Part shown: positions 39,950 through 51,779 of the stretch, in pieces
Layout: every line of letters begins with the position of its first letter
How positions within the stretch are numbered: position 1 is the first letter of the stretch
NCBI RefSeq assembly: GCF_001194135.2
Contig: NC_068984.1
Location: forward strand, 89,313,957-89,377,956
Direction of reading: 5' to 3'
DNA: 64,000 nucleotides
DNA from: Octopus bimaculoides
Taxonomy: Eukaryota
The notes under the pieces: model-generated
Database searches by the model: none
What the model was told of the DNA's origin: nothing
Seen by the model: only the letters and a program-made list of their open reading frames with translations
Program-made: the position numbers and the translations under genes

Positions 39950-41340
39950 ACTAAACACCCATTTGTTATCTAAGTTACACAGTATAAAATAATTACGTGC
40001 AATTTAATCTAGGAAAATTGAAACCTTTCCTTGATTACCTGATGCCATGCAATGCTAAATAACTATTATGACCCTTAGATTTCTTTAGTTACTTCTCTAA
40101 CTGGGTGTCCATTCTCTGAACTTGGTCAACTGCTAGAAATCTTCATTTTCCTTTGCAAAAATGTCACTTATTTGCTTTACCTCTGCTTAAAACATTAATA
40201 GTTAATGATCCAGTTTCATTGATCTTATCTGAAGGGCCACTACATACTAATACTGATGCTTTTGAAACTGTAATTTCAATTATCCTTCCACAGTGTAATA
40301 AACCTGTTCCTTTATTCCTCAGAAAATTGTTTTGCCCTGAACAAAGTCTCCCAGCAACTGAAAAGAAGGCTAGGGCTATCACAGAAAGTTTTAAGAGAAT
40401 TAAAAAAAATTTATTTCAAGACTATTTTACATGAAACATCGACCCACAAGTGATCTCATATTTAAAGGGTTAGTCGCAAAAGTAGAGGAAAAACAAGCAA
40501 CAAGATTTTCACTGGCACATTGAAATAGCACCACTCTACAACTATAGTGTCTGAAACATATCAAGCAAAGATAAGGTTGCTCGTGATGCTTTTACCAGAT
40601 GTTCCTCTATAATATTCCCTGGTATCACAAATTCAGGTAATCTTTTGCATCATTCTGCAATAACTTGATTATGGCACTACATCAGATTTAAGGACTTGTA
40701 ATTTTTTTCAGGAGATGTTACAAAAATCTGTGATAACTGTATCATATACTCCTCCCATCCTCTTCATGGACTTATCAAGTTCACATAATTATTTGAGTGC
40801 CTCAGTATCAACTTCAAAGGTCTTCTAATCTTATATAACTCTTACCACTAACTGATTGTGATTATAGATGAATGCTCAAGATCTCCCTTTGTAACTGTGC
40901 ATTTTGGTATGAGAGTTGCTTCAACACATTTCTCAGGTTTGGTGCTCCAGTTTCACTCTACTCAAACCAAGGATCTCAATTTGTCTTGAGATCTCCATAT
41001 CAACCAACTAAAAACAGTCAAGTAAAATAACTAAATGCAATTTTAAGAACAATAATGCTCTTCATTCAAGATGGCCAACAGAAAAATGGTTTTAAGAAAA
41101 ACATTTCATGTGACTAGATTCTTCACCTAATATTTCATGATAGGCTAATTTTTAATGTTGTTCATCAATAACTTGGTCTTTATTTGGTGGCACCCTGAAG
41201 TTGGAGAAAATTTGCTAAGACACTTTAATCCTAACAATAAATATATGCCAAGGTTGATTAATGATTAATGCTAGTCGTCACTATTTTTGTTTCAGATACC
41301 CTTGTGATCAAATTAATACTGTCTTAACTAAAGTTATAAT
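39950..41340 (+). mobile_element. Decayed Ty3/Gypsy pol (RT end, RNase H, integrase)
   Basis: FFSYFSNW (RT end); TDAFET..KPVPLFLRKL..EKKARAITE (RNase H, ORF 40153..40434); KIFHWHIE..DAFTR; H..I..LWHYI..C..C zinc finger; LSINFKG..IIDECSRSPF (integrase). The order RT-RH-IN is Gypsy-type. Confidence 0.85.
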
Positions 41341-41632
41341 TCTATCTAGAAGACTTCTCTGTAAGAATTGATGAAACTCTAGTTCCACTGAGGAGTATTC
41401 CATTGGTAATTGCTGCAAGGCTGACTTGAAGAATCTAATTCAAGCAAGCTTTGGATCTGCTGATGACTATGCTGAAAAGTACACAAGTTCAGGAAATGTG
41501 TGAACAGGAAAATCTCTTTATCACTAAACCCAACTTAGTCTACAAACTTCTGCAAATTATAAAATCTCTTTAGTTCCATAACATACAATATTATTGAAAA
41601 CTTTGATACAGAAATGATTGCTTTAAACTTAC

Positions 41633-41719
41633 TCAATATAGAGGCTATTTATTCTTTTAGATATCGGAATACTTTCATCAAATTCATCCTCAAGATTCCG
41701 AGGTCGTTTGCGACAGCAA
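41633..41719 (-). CDS. FAM104A: FAM104/VCF-like exon 2 ((S)CCRKRPRNLEDEFDESIPISKRINSLYI(E))
   Basis: Long polypyrimidine tract plus AG, GTAAGT donor, 87 nt. RKR..+P.SKRIN.L segment as recalled for FAM104-family N-termini. Confidence 0.85.
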
Positions 41720-41849
41720 CTAGGAAAAGAAAGAAAAAAAAAAAAACATTAAAGCAGGAATATACAAAAAATATTGAAAATGATCTATGGAAGGCAAATT
41801 AAATATTTAAACAGAAATTAGGCATAGAATGGCATAATTCTAAATGCTT

Positions 41850-43800
41850 TATTAAATTAGTGTTAAGAGCTTTTGTAATTCTGTTCAAAACCTATACAAG
41901 AATCATTAAACCACTCCTCTAAAACAGATTTTCTTCTATCAGAAACCAAAATATAGCTTTGTAAAAGCAAAAATACTACAAAATAAGACTACTTGAGCAA
42001 AGCTAACCAGGTTAAATTTACATAATGGAATGCAGTGGTCCCTACTGTCATCACTAGCTGACTTTAAAGACTAGAGTAACTCCAATCTACACTCCAAAAA
42101 TTTAGATCAACTGATTTTACTGGTTGTTGCTTTTACATTTGAACAAGGTGCTTTTGTCTAATTGCTTGGATAATCTTAGAATGACATATGTGAGATTGTA
42201 CTGCATTCTAGTTTTTTTTCCCCAGCAAAAGGTCTAGTTTAATGCATTTGGCATAATGTTTAGTGTAGAGTCTAAGAAAGACAAATCAGGTGGGTGCACA
42301 GGGTGAGCTAGAGCAGAGGTGGTGAACAGATTGCTAATTCAGTAGAGTAAAAGCTAAGTAAAAAAAATGGTAAAAGATTTAGTGAGAAGAACTAGCATTA
42401 TCTTTCAGACAGTGTAATGACAAGTGAATCAATCAATCAATCAATCAATCAATCACATAAATTTTTATTACATTGCTGAGTGCTACATTAGCGCCAGGTT
42501 AAATGCATGAATAATATTCTAATATTTGTTTACTTTGCAGAGAGTCAGCAACTTAGACCTTGAGATGCAAATTTAACTCTTTTGGAGGGACATAACGAGA
42601 ACATTTGCCAAGGGTAGTTAAGGTAGAATTGGTAATATTGAGAGATTTGAGGGGAAATAATTGTTGTGTAGCAGTATGATATGAGGTATGTAGATATCAA
42701 ACAATCATGAGATGGTCGAGATGATAATGGTTGTGTAAAGATCAGATTTAAAGACAAAAAAAGAGATCTAGAATGTTGAGAGTTTTCTATATTCATCTAA
42801 TATTTGAACAAGTAATTAATGTTGCTGGTTTAAACTGTTCAATATAGAAGAACATTTGGCCTGTGTTGGTTTGAGAGGAGTGTGAGAAAAAGAAATAAGG
42901 TCCATTGAAAGTCATTGAACTAACTTCTTCTGAGAGTTGAGATAGATGTCCTTCATACAGAGAAAATAAAAATGTTGGTGTTTGGATGTTTAAAGAGTGG
43001 TAGAGAGAGCAAATAAAATTAAGGAGTGGGTAAGACAAAGTTCGAGTCAGAGTAACTTTATTATGAATGTTAAATGAGGTGGGAAAATGGATTTAATATA
43101 TATGTAAACTTCACCTTCAGAATGTTTGAATATAGAATGTAGCATGGATAGCGAGTTCGTATTAGTAGGTATCACTGTAGAGCTCTATAGAAGGGACAAC
43201 AAGCACTGGTTGATCATGCAAAAACCCACTTTTTGCTTGATCACATTTTTATGTCAAAATACATTTTTTCCATGGACAATTATATATCATTTGAAAGTTC
43301 TGGATGTGAACTTTCCTCTCATATACTTTTGATCAAAATCCAACACTTACAATATCATGTCAGGTCTCTTTAATCACCATCATATTTCCACCCATTCGCA
43401 ATGTTTGTTCCATTTTTGTTTTTGACTGCTGAACAGTAGTGCTCGTTCAAGATAAAGTACAGTAGAAATTAGATCTAAATATTCTCAAAAATTCATTGAT
43501 ACTGAGAGATTTGTTACCAGATGGATTGACATGTGGTATGCATGTTAGTAGTTGGAGAGTAGGGTTGGAGTCTACAGATACAAGAGTAGAGAAGTGAGAA
43601 TTGTCCAGTGGAGTGTTTCTTGTTCATTTATTAGTATTTTTATGGTTTGGAAGGGAAATAGGAGACTTTAGCTAGATGCTAACTATTGTTTTGTCCCTGT
43701 TAGTAGCCCAGTAGTTAGTCAGTGATATCAAATGAGTCTCTTGAAATCTTGTTCCCAGATGAGGAGGGACATCAATATAAACAGGGGTCAAGTTACTGGT
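41850..43800 (-). mobile_element. Decayed CR1/L2-group LINE (APE endonuclease region)
   Basis: FICSLYHSLN and NYPW-like segments in ORFs 42793..43038 and 42545..42796. Heavily mutated. Confidence 0.45.
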
Positions 43801-46774
43801 TTACATAACAGCTGTTAGGGAGCCTAGAAAGTGTAGTTGAAAACAAAGCATAGAAAGGCTGTTATCCTCAAACTGAGACCTGACTTCACTGATGAGGCCA
43901 CAATAAAACCGTAACTTGTCCAGAATTGCCTCCCATACTTATTAGAAAATGAAAATACTAATTATTGATTAATATATTTTTTTTTTTTGCCTTACTGCAT
44001 ACTTCTTTCTGGCTAGCTTTTTTATGTTTTATGTACTTATATAAATGTTGAAGCCAACTTCACTGTTTTCTAAATTCTTTAAACAATTCTACCTTTCCTA
44101 CGTCAACCAAAATGCAATCTTAAGAGATGCAGTAAAATATACAATGGAAAATAAGTTTTTATGGCTAAATAATATTTATTTCGATTAAAATCGATCATGA
44201 AAGAGAGTAAGGTAAAATCGTCCCAGACTAGATCTTAACTCTTAGTCATTACTATGCTTGACACAAATGCAAAAACCCTGCAGCTGGCATTGTTATTACT
44301 GTGAAAAATACCCAAGAGATTCACATGATTAGAAAGAAGTTTTATTTTTTGTGTATATCTTATGTGTTATATAATATATATATATATATATATATACAAA
44401 CATACTGGAATTTTAATTAGAAGCACCCATTTTCCAGATGTTATGTGGTGACCTTGACATTAAACGAACTTAAAATGACTATCAGAAAGCCATCCATTGG
44501 CCTGAACTTCGAAATACTCTAGCCAATAAGAGAGCCTCTACGTGGTTGATCACCCTGCTAAAAATAGCAGCCATATTTTTCTCAAATCACATATTGCCGT
44601 CATGGATAGGACAATCACGACTGGAACGCCTTAGATCTAGACCAGATTGAGGTTAAACAACAACTTCAAAATAATCATCTCAGTCGATTTTATGGAATAT
44701 ATAAGTTATGGCTCGTACTTTGAGATTTAATATCTAGTTGGTTAAAACAGCTCACAGCACTAGTAAAACGATTATGTATTGTATTTACAAATGTCGTTGT
44801 TCTCATGGAAGAAACAAATAGTTCTGTTTCATCATTTTTTGTTCTCTGTTCAAATCTCGTTGGAGAAGACTTTACTACTCATCCATCTGAGGCGGACGCT
44901 GTACAATACCGATCAAATTCACTAAACCCGACTAAGCAATGTACTCTAGTACAAGACAAGATACCACTATAGTTATATATTAAAAACTCTGAACAAAATG
45001 CATTTTTAACAGACATCCATTGAAATACGAATGTCCACCAGTCTATTTGTTAAAGCATGAATTTTGATTGCTGCTTCGTACTAAAACTTCATTATTACAC
45101 GAATTACTCTGTGTGTATGTGCGTGCGTGCGCGCGTAAACAGTTGAATATACTTGAATTAAATAAATTTTCTACCTATTTATTTGAATTTTTCATGAGAA
45201 ATTTGAAAACCAGAATTTATACGTAAGTTAATTAGCATCATAACTTGCAAAATTTCAAGTCCTAAACACTGGTGAGCTGAAAATGATACAGCATCAATCA
45301 GCTGATTCAGAAACACTGACAAAGGCAACGCTAAATAAATACAATGTCTAAAAATAGAAAGCAGCAGAAAGAAAAAAAAAGAGAAAGATGAAATTGCTCA
45401 AACTTTATTTGAAAATACTTCATGTGATGACTTCAACAGAAAATAAAAAGGGAAAGGAAGATCATTGGTAATATTACTAGTAGGTTAGTTAGACACCCAT
45501 GTCGACAAAATACGATACTAACCAAACTTCATATGCACCAAATAAAAATTAGCTACCAAATAGTTATGGATAAACAAATTTATTGCGAGTAGATTTATTC
45601 TTTAAGTTCATAAAGAAAGTATTCCGGATTTAAATTTTAAAATAATTAAAAAAATATTTTGTGATCAAACATTATTTAACCTATATGATACGTTTTCGTA
45701 ACCTTTAAAAATGGGGTGAAAGAAATTAGCAAGAGTGTACGAGACACAGATCACAAGGGACATTATACATTCATGGAACAGTGTATAAAGCACTTTGTTG
45801 ATTACCTATTATATATACTGCAAAACACGTGAGGAATAAACGTATAAGTATATGAAACATACACGAAACGAATTAAATGTGCGAGGAACATATTAACAGT
45901 ATAAATTTACACGGCTACTGAATAATGACAAGCGTATATGCTGTCATTATGAATTCTAATTAAACATCTATTTTTAGGATGAAGCTACCACGATCAACTA
46001 CATTTTACAGTCCCTAGTTTTAGATACGGCATTGCGGTGTCTACATGATTCTATGACTATCGGCTGTATTGCATGAATATCGATTTACATAAATAGAACT
46101 CTTATTTATAAATTAGTGGAAATCAGACTGGCTTTCACTTTCTACTTTTAAGGGTATAAGTGACGTCAAACGAAACCAGATCATAACAAGCCTTTATGTG
46201 GTCCCTTCACTGGCTAGAAATAGCAGATACAAACACCATCCTACAGTTTAAAGATGAAGGCATGAAAAAAATAATGAAGTGTCAGAAAATATATATAATA
46301 GATAAATAAATACACAAGTAAATAAACTGTGACAGACTGTCACAGTTTTGATCAGCCCAGCTGAATTGGGAGCAAATAAGTGCCAAATCACGGACTTGTC
46401 GAGAACTTATACACGACAAATTGCCATCTAGATTGTCCAGAGCGACAACTCATTATTCTTTTTACATATTTACAAGTTTGTATCGGTATGAATAACTATT
46501 TACTAACTATTCGTGGTGTCGAATTAATTCATATTTCCACATCGTCCTATAACACTAATACTAAAAACAGACAATAATGTTAATGCATTACGCAACGTAA
46601 GCTGTAGCGTGAAGTTAGAGGATTCTTCAAAGTTAGGTTGATAAAACTAAAATTGTTCGGGATGTAAGACACAAAAAAAAATCGAATGATTCCATTAAAT
46701 TTAGAGAAATATTTGCAAGGATCCTGCACGAATGATAATTAGGTTTATTACTTAAGAAATATATGCAAACATAC

Positions 46775-46830
46775 CTTAATGTCATATCAAGGTTTTCGAA
46801 ATGGCTATCCAAATCAACACCAGTCCTCAT
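46775..46830 (-). CDS. FAM104A: FAM104/VCF-like exon 1 (MRTGVDLDSHFENLDMTL + AG)
   Basis: ACC-ATG start, GTATGT donor at 46774. Phase 2 is compatible with exon 2. Lies directly downstream of the promoter motifs. Confidence 0.75.
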
Positions 46831-46911
46831 GGTTGTTGGGAGAACAATCAAATGTTGACAAAACTCCCTTCCAGCAAGCGACGACTACGCTTAGCATGAG
46901 ATTTAGCAAAC

Positions 46912-46972
46912 TGCGCATGTGCACACAGCTGAGTCGTAGAGAAAGAAAAGACCCAGCATGACGTCACTTCCT
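46912..46972 (-). promoter_or_regulatory. Proximal promoter of the FAM104-like gene: NRF1-like TGCGCATGTGCA (46912-46923) and overlapping ETS-CRE AGGAAGTGACGTCA (46959-46972)
   Basis: Motifs read directly 80-140 bp upstream of the ATG in a CpG-retaining region. Confidence 0.6.
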
Positions 46973-48538
46973 ATGTCATAAATACTACCACTATTCTTCA
47001 ATAATGCTAATTTGTTTATATTTTAATGTAGTTTTGTGTTATATATGTATCATATACATATGTGTTATATATGTAATAATTATTATCTCCGTTGGTAATA
47101 AAACTTTGATGTATTTTGCAAAAGAAAAAAAAAGAACCAGTAATTTACTTATTTATTTATTCAGAAATTTCATCTGAAAATACAGTTTTTTCCAACCTGC
47201 TAAAAATAGCAGACAAAAATTCGTCAAATCACTTTCTACTGTCTTGAATAAACATTCATTGAATAGTATAATCCTGGATACATTAAAAGAAGAAAAAACA
47301 AGATGAGATGATCGTAATAGGAAAGCCTTTGATCATAAATCTGCTGGTTAGTACTGATCTAAGTTAAATACCGACAACGTGCATTCTTTTCTACTGATTT
47401 GTTTGGTATTGCTATGTCTGCTTTAAAGAAAGCGTAGGTGGTCTGTCAGCCTCAACCAACATCATTGATTTGTCTGTAACCAAGATTTAATTCACAAATA
47501 ACCAAGTGTATTTTGCTGTAATTAGTTGCTACAGGACAGGAACAACTCGCTACTGTTGAATGTATTAGTTGTTATTTAGCTCCAGCCAGCTCTGATCAAA
47601 GGCATTTTTGCTGTGATCGCCCTGTATTTTATTCATCTAAAATATGTCAAGGGTCACATTATTCAATATACCCTTCCTTGCTTTAAGACGAAAGGATGTC
47701 ATGTGAGAGAGAATGGGATTCTGCTTCTTGTAGGAAGGTTACTTCGTTGGCTTGTGATTCGTTATTTTAAATCTTCCTGTGAAGGTGTGGAAGCCACTTT
47801 TTCTTTCAGGATTTGTTTACAATAGTGAGCTATGTTTTGTGTGCAAGGACAGTTCCGTGATGCTCCTTATGTAAAGGTACCTTCTGTCTTGTGGATATCC
47901 TCCATACACACTCTTCTAAGTGTAGAACCCTTCAGAATGAAATTTTCAAGGACAAATCCTCCACATTCATAATGTAAAGTAGGACAGAAAACCTACGATA
48001 AAAAAAACAAAACAAAAAAAAAAACACAAGTATATAGTTAAGATTTTCGAAACAAAAAAATTTAAGAAAATGAAATGATTAATTTATTAATTATTCAGTT
48101 TGAGTTTAATTATAGAAATACACATTACATTATTTTGACCTTCTCAAAAAATATTTTGTCGACCTGAAGAGATAGTGTTCAAGGGAGTTTCATCCGAGGA
48201 CAATAGTTTCCCAAATTTTTTTTCCAGAAATTAAAAGTGGTATTCAGTTGTTTGATCAGCTGAACTATTAATTCTTTACATTAGCATAAAAGTGACTGAG
48301 TATGCTAAGTGCATATGCAGGCAGACAACGTAACAAAGCTGTACCTTGAATTACAGATGGAATTTATCTGAAAGGCTTCTGCACAGTTTCAGTTTTTCTA
48401 CCTGAAGTAGTGGTAAAAGGCTCTTGCCCAAGACGCTACACAGTCGGATGGAATCTGAAATCTCATGATTCGGTGCACAATTCTGATACATTTCAATACT
48501 GACTGTTCGGTGTTACTGTAGATTCAATCTAAATGCAA

Positions 48539-48697
48539 TCTATATTATAAAAGTCAAGATGATCTCCGTCTGTCTGTCTGTCCATCTGTCACAGCATATA
48601 TGTAGAAGGGGGGGGGGAGAAAGAAATACAGTGAGAGAAAGGAGAGAGAGAGAATGTGTGTGTGAAAGATAAATAGATAGGGCTGTCACTATAGTAA
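48539..48697 (+). mobile_element. Short Helitron/Helentron-like non-autonomous element
   Basis: A|TCTATATTATAAAAGTC start, (GTCT)n block, ...ATAG|T end. Confidence 0.4.
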
Positions 48698-49915
48698 TTA
48701 ACAAGTTTTGATTAAAAAAGCAGGAATTTTGAGTGCAAATCTGTCAACACAATGCAACAAAACACAGACTTCAAAAAAAGACAACGCAACACAGACCTAA
48801 AAAAAAGACAACTTTTACTATATAACAGTCTACTATTAAGTGACTGTACCATACGAAGCCATGACATTTCTCATGAGAGAGAAAGTGTGTGTGTGTGTGT
48901 AAAAGATAGAATTAAAATGTTTAAAAAAAAATGTATTTTAAATAAATGTTATTGTTCAACAAAAGTCAATCTAAACATTATTTGAACAACTTATGAAGGT
49001 ATGTGCATGATTAACAAATATTCTTACTGGCAGCATGGCGACTGATAAAGACCTAGTTGATATAATTGTTTTGTGAACACCAGAGTTTAAATGAGGGTTT
49101 AATCCTTGACACAGCTAGCTCATATTTGAGCTTGGATTAGCTGGTTTCTGATCTTGATAAGACATAGTAGATTGTTGGGAACCTAATTTCACACGTTTAG
49201 GTCATGAGAAATGGATGGAATATATCATTAGAGTTGGGTATCCTGTTGCTTCTTGCTGAAGCCAGAAAGCTGTAATATTGTTAATAGTGTCAAATGTGCT
49301 AGAGGCTGTAGCAGTAACTATTGAGCTACCTCTAGTTCAGAGATAGGAAATATAAAAATAACAGCTAAGTGGTGGCTTTCAGTCATTTGACCAAGAGAAA
49401 TAGACAGACATAGCAATGACGTGAATGGCTCTAAGTCTAATTGACTAAGAAGTAAAGAGCAGGGTTAGCAAGCTGTTTTTATTAATGGAACGCTAGACAT
49501 TCTAGGAACTTCCAAGAGAAACGCTAAGCTTCTTGAATAATTAAGAATCACGTCTCATGACACAGATGCTTCAAGAAACTTAGAAAGGGAGGTTACTCTA
49601 TAATCTTTCTTGCAAAGAAGATCATTCAACTATAAGGCCATAGATACAGTTCTGAACTTCAGGAATTTGACATTGCAATGTTGGTGTCAGAAATGACTCT
49701 ATGCAGTGTTCCTCAGTACAACCTTGCTTTCATGAAAATACTGTTATCGATTTGAAACTGTTCATATAAGGTAATCTTATCTCTTAATGTATACATTTAA
49801 ACTAAGAAAAGATAAAACATTTTAAACTTACATAATTCCATACTTGATTTCTGAACAATATCTCTTCATGCTAAGGAAGAAGCAAGTGAGTCATTGTAAG
49901 CTGGGGAATATAAGC

Positions 49916-50764
49916 TATAAAGGTGCATTCCAGAAGTTTTCAAACTTTTCAAGAGAGACATTTATTAATTTCAAAGAAGTATAAAACCCTTACCTCCTTC
50001 AATGCACTTATTGTAGCACTACAACCTCTTCGTGAAGGTCTTATGGAAGTCCTCCAAACTGAAGTTGCCCAGGTTCCTTGTTACAGCGTCCTTCATCTTC
50101 AAAACAACTGCCCCTGGGGTTTTTCTTCAGTTTTGAGAACAGCCAAAGAGTCACAGGATGCAAGGTCTGGACTGTAGGGAGGCTGAAGAGCAGTTTTAAT
50201 TCCTGTCTCTGTCCAATTGTTCATTACTGAGCAGCCTGGGAACTTGGTGTATGTTCAGATCTTCATGAATAACTCTATGTACAGTTGTCACACCAACTCC
50301 AAACAGTATGCTCATTGTCTTTGTAGACACACAATGGTCTTCATCCAGAAAACTGTTAATTTTCTCACCCAGTTCTAATGTTCCTCTACCTCCCACACCT
50401 CTCATCGTCTCTCACCTCCACTTTACCACCCTTGAACCTGTTGTGTTAGTGAAAATGTTAACCCATAAGTAGTCTGGGGCATTTCCTAAATTTCAGAAGT
50501 GTTTTTTGTCCTGTTTAACACATAAAACTTTATTGCATAGCGAGCTTCCAAACGTCCCGACTGCATTTTGCAAACTAGACAGCTATGACAAGCAGTATGT
50601 GTTCAAAGTGTTATTACAGCCATCTCCTTCAATCTGGAAAAACAAAAGTTGGCAGGTCAGCTTATCAGATGTATAGTAATGATATATTAAAATTACAATG
50701 ATCTAGGACAGTTATAACTGCTTTTCCTAAAAAAAGTCTGTAAACCTCTGGAATGCACTTCATA
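49916..50764 (-). mobile_element. Mariner internal-deletion derivative
   Basis: TIRs TATAAAGGTGCATTCCAGAAGTT and AACCTCTGGAATGCACTTCATA. HTH remnant ...GVGVTTVHRVIHEDLNIHQVPRLLS. Confidence 0.8.
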
Positions 50765-51085
50765 TCATACTATTAGCTTTTGGCAGCCTCACTAACTTTG
50801 TTTCCTCATAACTATTTGGAGAGAAAGATGTTTCTGAAGGTGCAGATTATGATCATGCTTTTGAAAATTAATTTTTAAAATTGCATACAATAAAAAAAAG
50901 ACGTCCATATCTTTTTAAGTATTTAATAACCGTTGGCCATTACACAACATAAATCTATGATATTATTCTGATTATTATTAATGTAAAACTGTTAGACATA
51001 ACAATATTTCTGTGTTTACATTTAGCTTATAATACAAGTTGAAAGTATTTGGCTCTGAAATAATTAACCCTACTACAGTTCAGAT

Positions 51086-51479
51086 GTGGAGGCGCAATGG
51101 CCCAGTGGTTAGGGCAGCGGACTGGCGGTCATAGGATCGCGGTTTCGATTCCCAGACTGGGCGTTGTGAGTGTTTATTGAGCGAAAACACCTAAAGCTCC
51201 ACGAGGCTCCGGCAGGGGATGGTGGCGAACCCTGCTGTACTCTTCCACCACAACTTTCTCTCACTCTTACTTCCTGTTTCTGTTGTGCCTGTAATTCAAA
51301 GGGTCAGCCTTGTCACACTGTGTCACACTGAATATCCCCGTGAACTACGTTAAGGGTACACGTGTCTGTGGAGTGCTCAGCCACTTGCACGTTAATTTCA
51401 TGAGCAGGCTGTTCCGTTCATCGGATCAACTGGAACCCTCGACGTCATAAGCGACGGAGTGCCAACAACAACAACAACA
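51086..51479 (+). mobile_element. Young tRNA-derived SINE (family C) with (CAA)n tail and 11-bp TSD
   Basis: A box TGGCCCAGTGG, B box GGTTTCGATTCCC. TSD ACAGTTCAGAT at 51075-51085 and 51480-51490. Confidence 0.92.
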
Positions 51480-51779
51480 ACAGTTCAGATCAAAAGAGTT
51501 CTAGATAATATTCTGCAATGCACTCTGTTACTCTTATCTCACTCTATTATGTTTTGCAACAACCATGAGTAATTAAAGAATAAAACAGGTACAAACTTCT
51601 TTCCTTTCTGAATAAAAAAATCTTTTTAGTTTTGTCAACACAATAAACAAATACTCATTTGAAAACGCGTCTCTATAAATTTTTTTTATAAAATATGCAT
51701 TTAGAAAAAAGTGAGTGAGGTACTAAAATGTTAATATACCTAGCTTTGGTTACTTATTTTGGTAATACATAGTCCTTAG

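Noticed and set aside
46779-46961. + strand 60-aa ORF at the FAM104 promoter
   Set aside because: Antisense to exon 1 and the 5' UTR; no recognisable homology or splice support.
51086-51165. tRNA gene
   Set aside because: A/B boxes continue into a SINE body with tail and TSD; no complete cloverleaf. The same applies to the other SINE heads.
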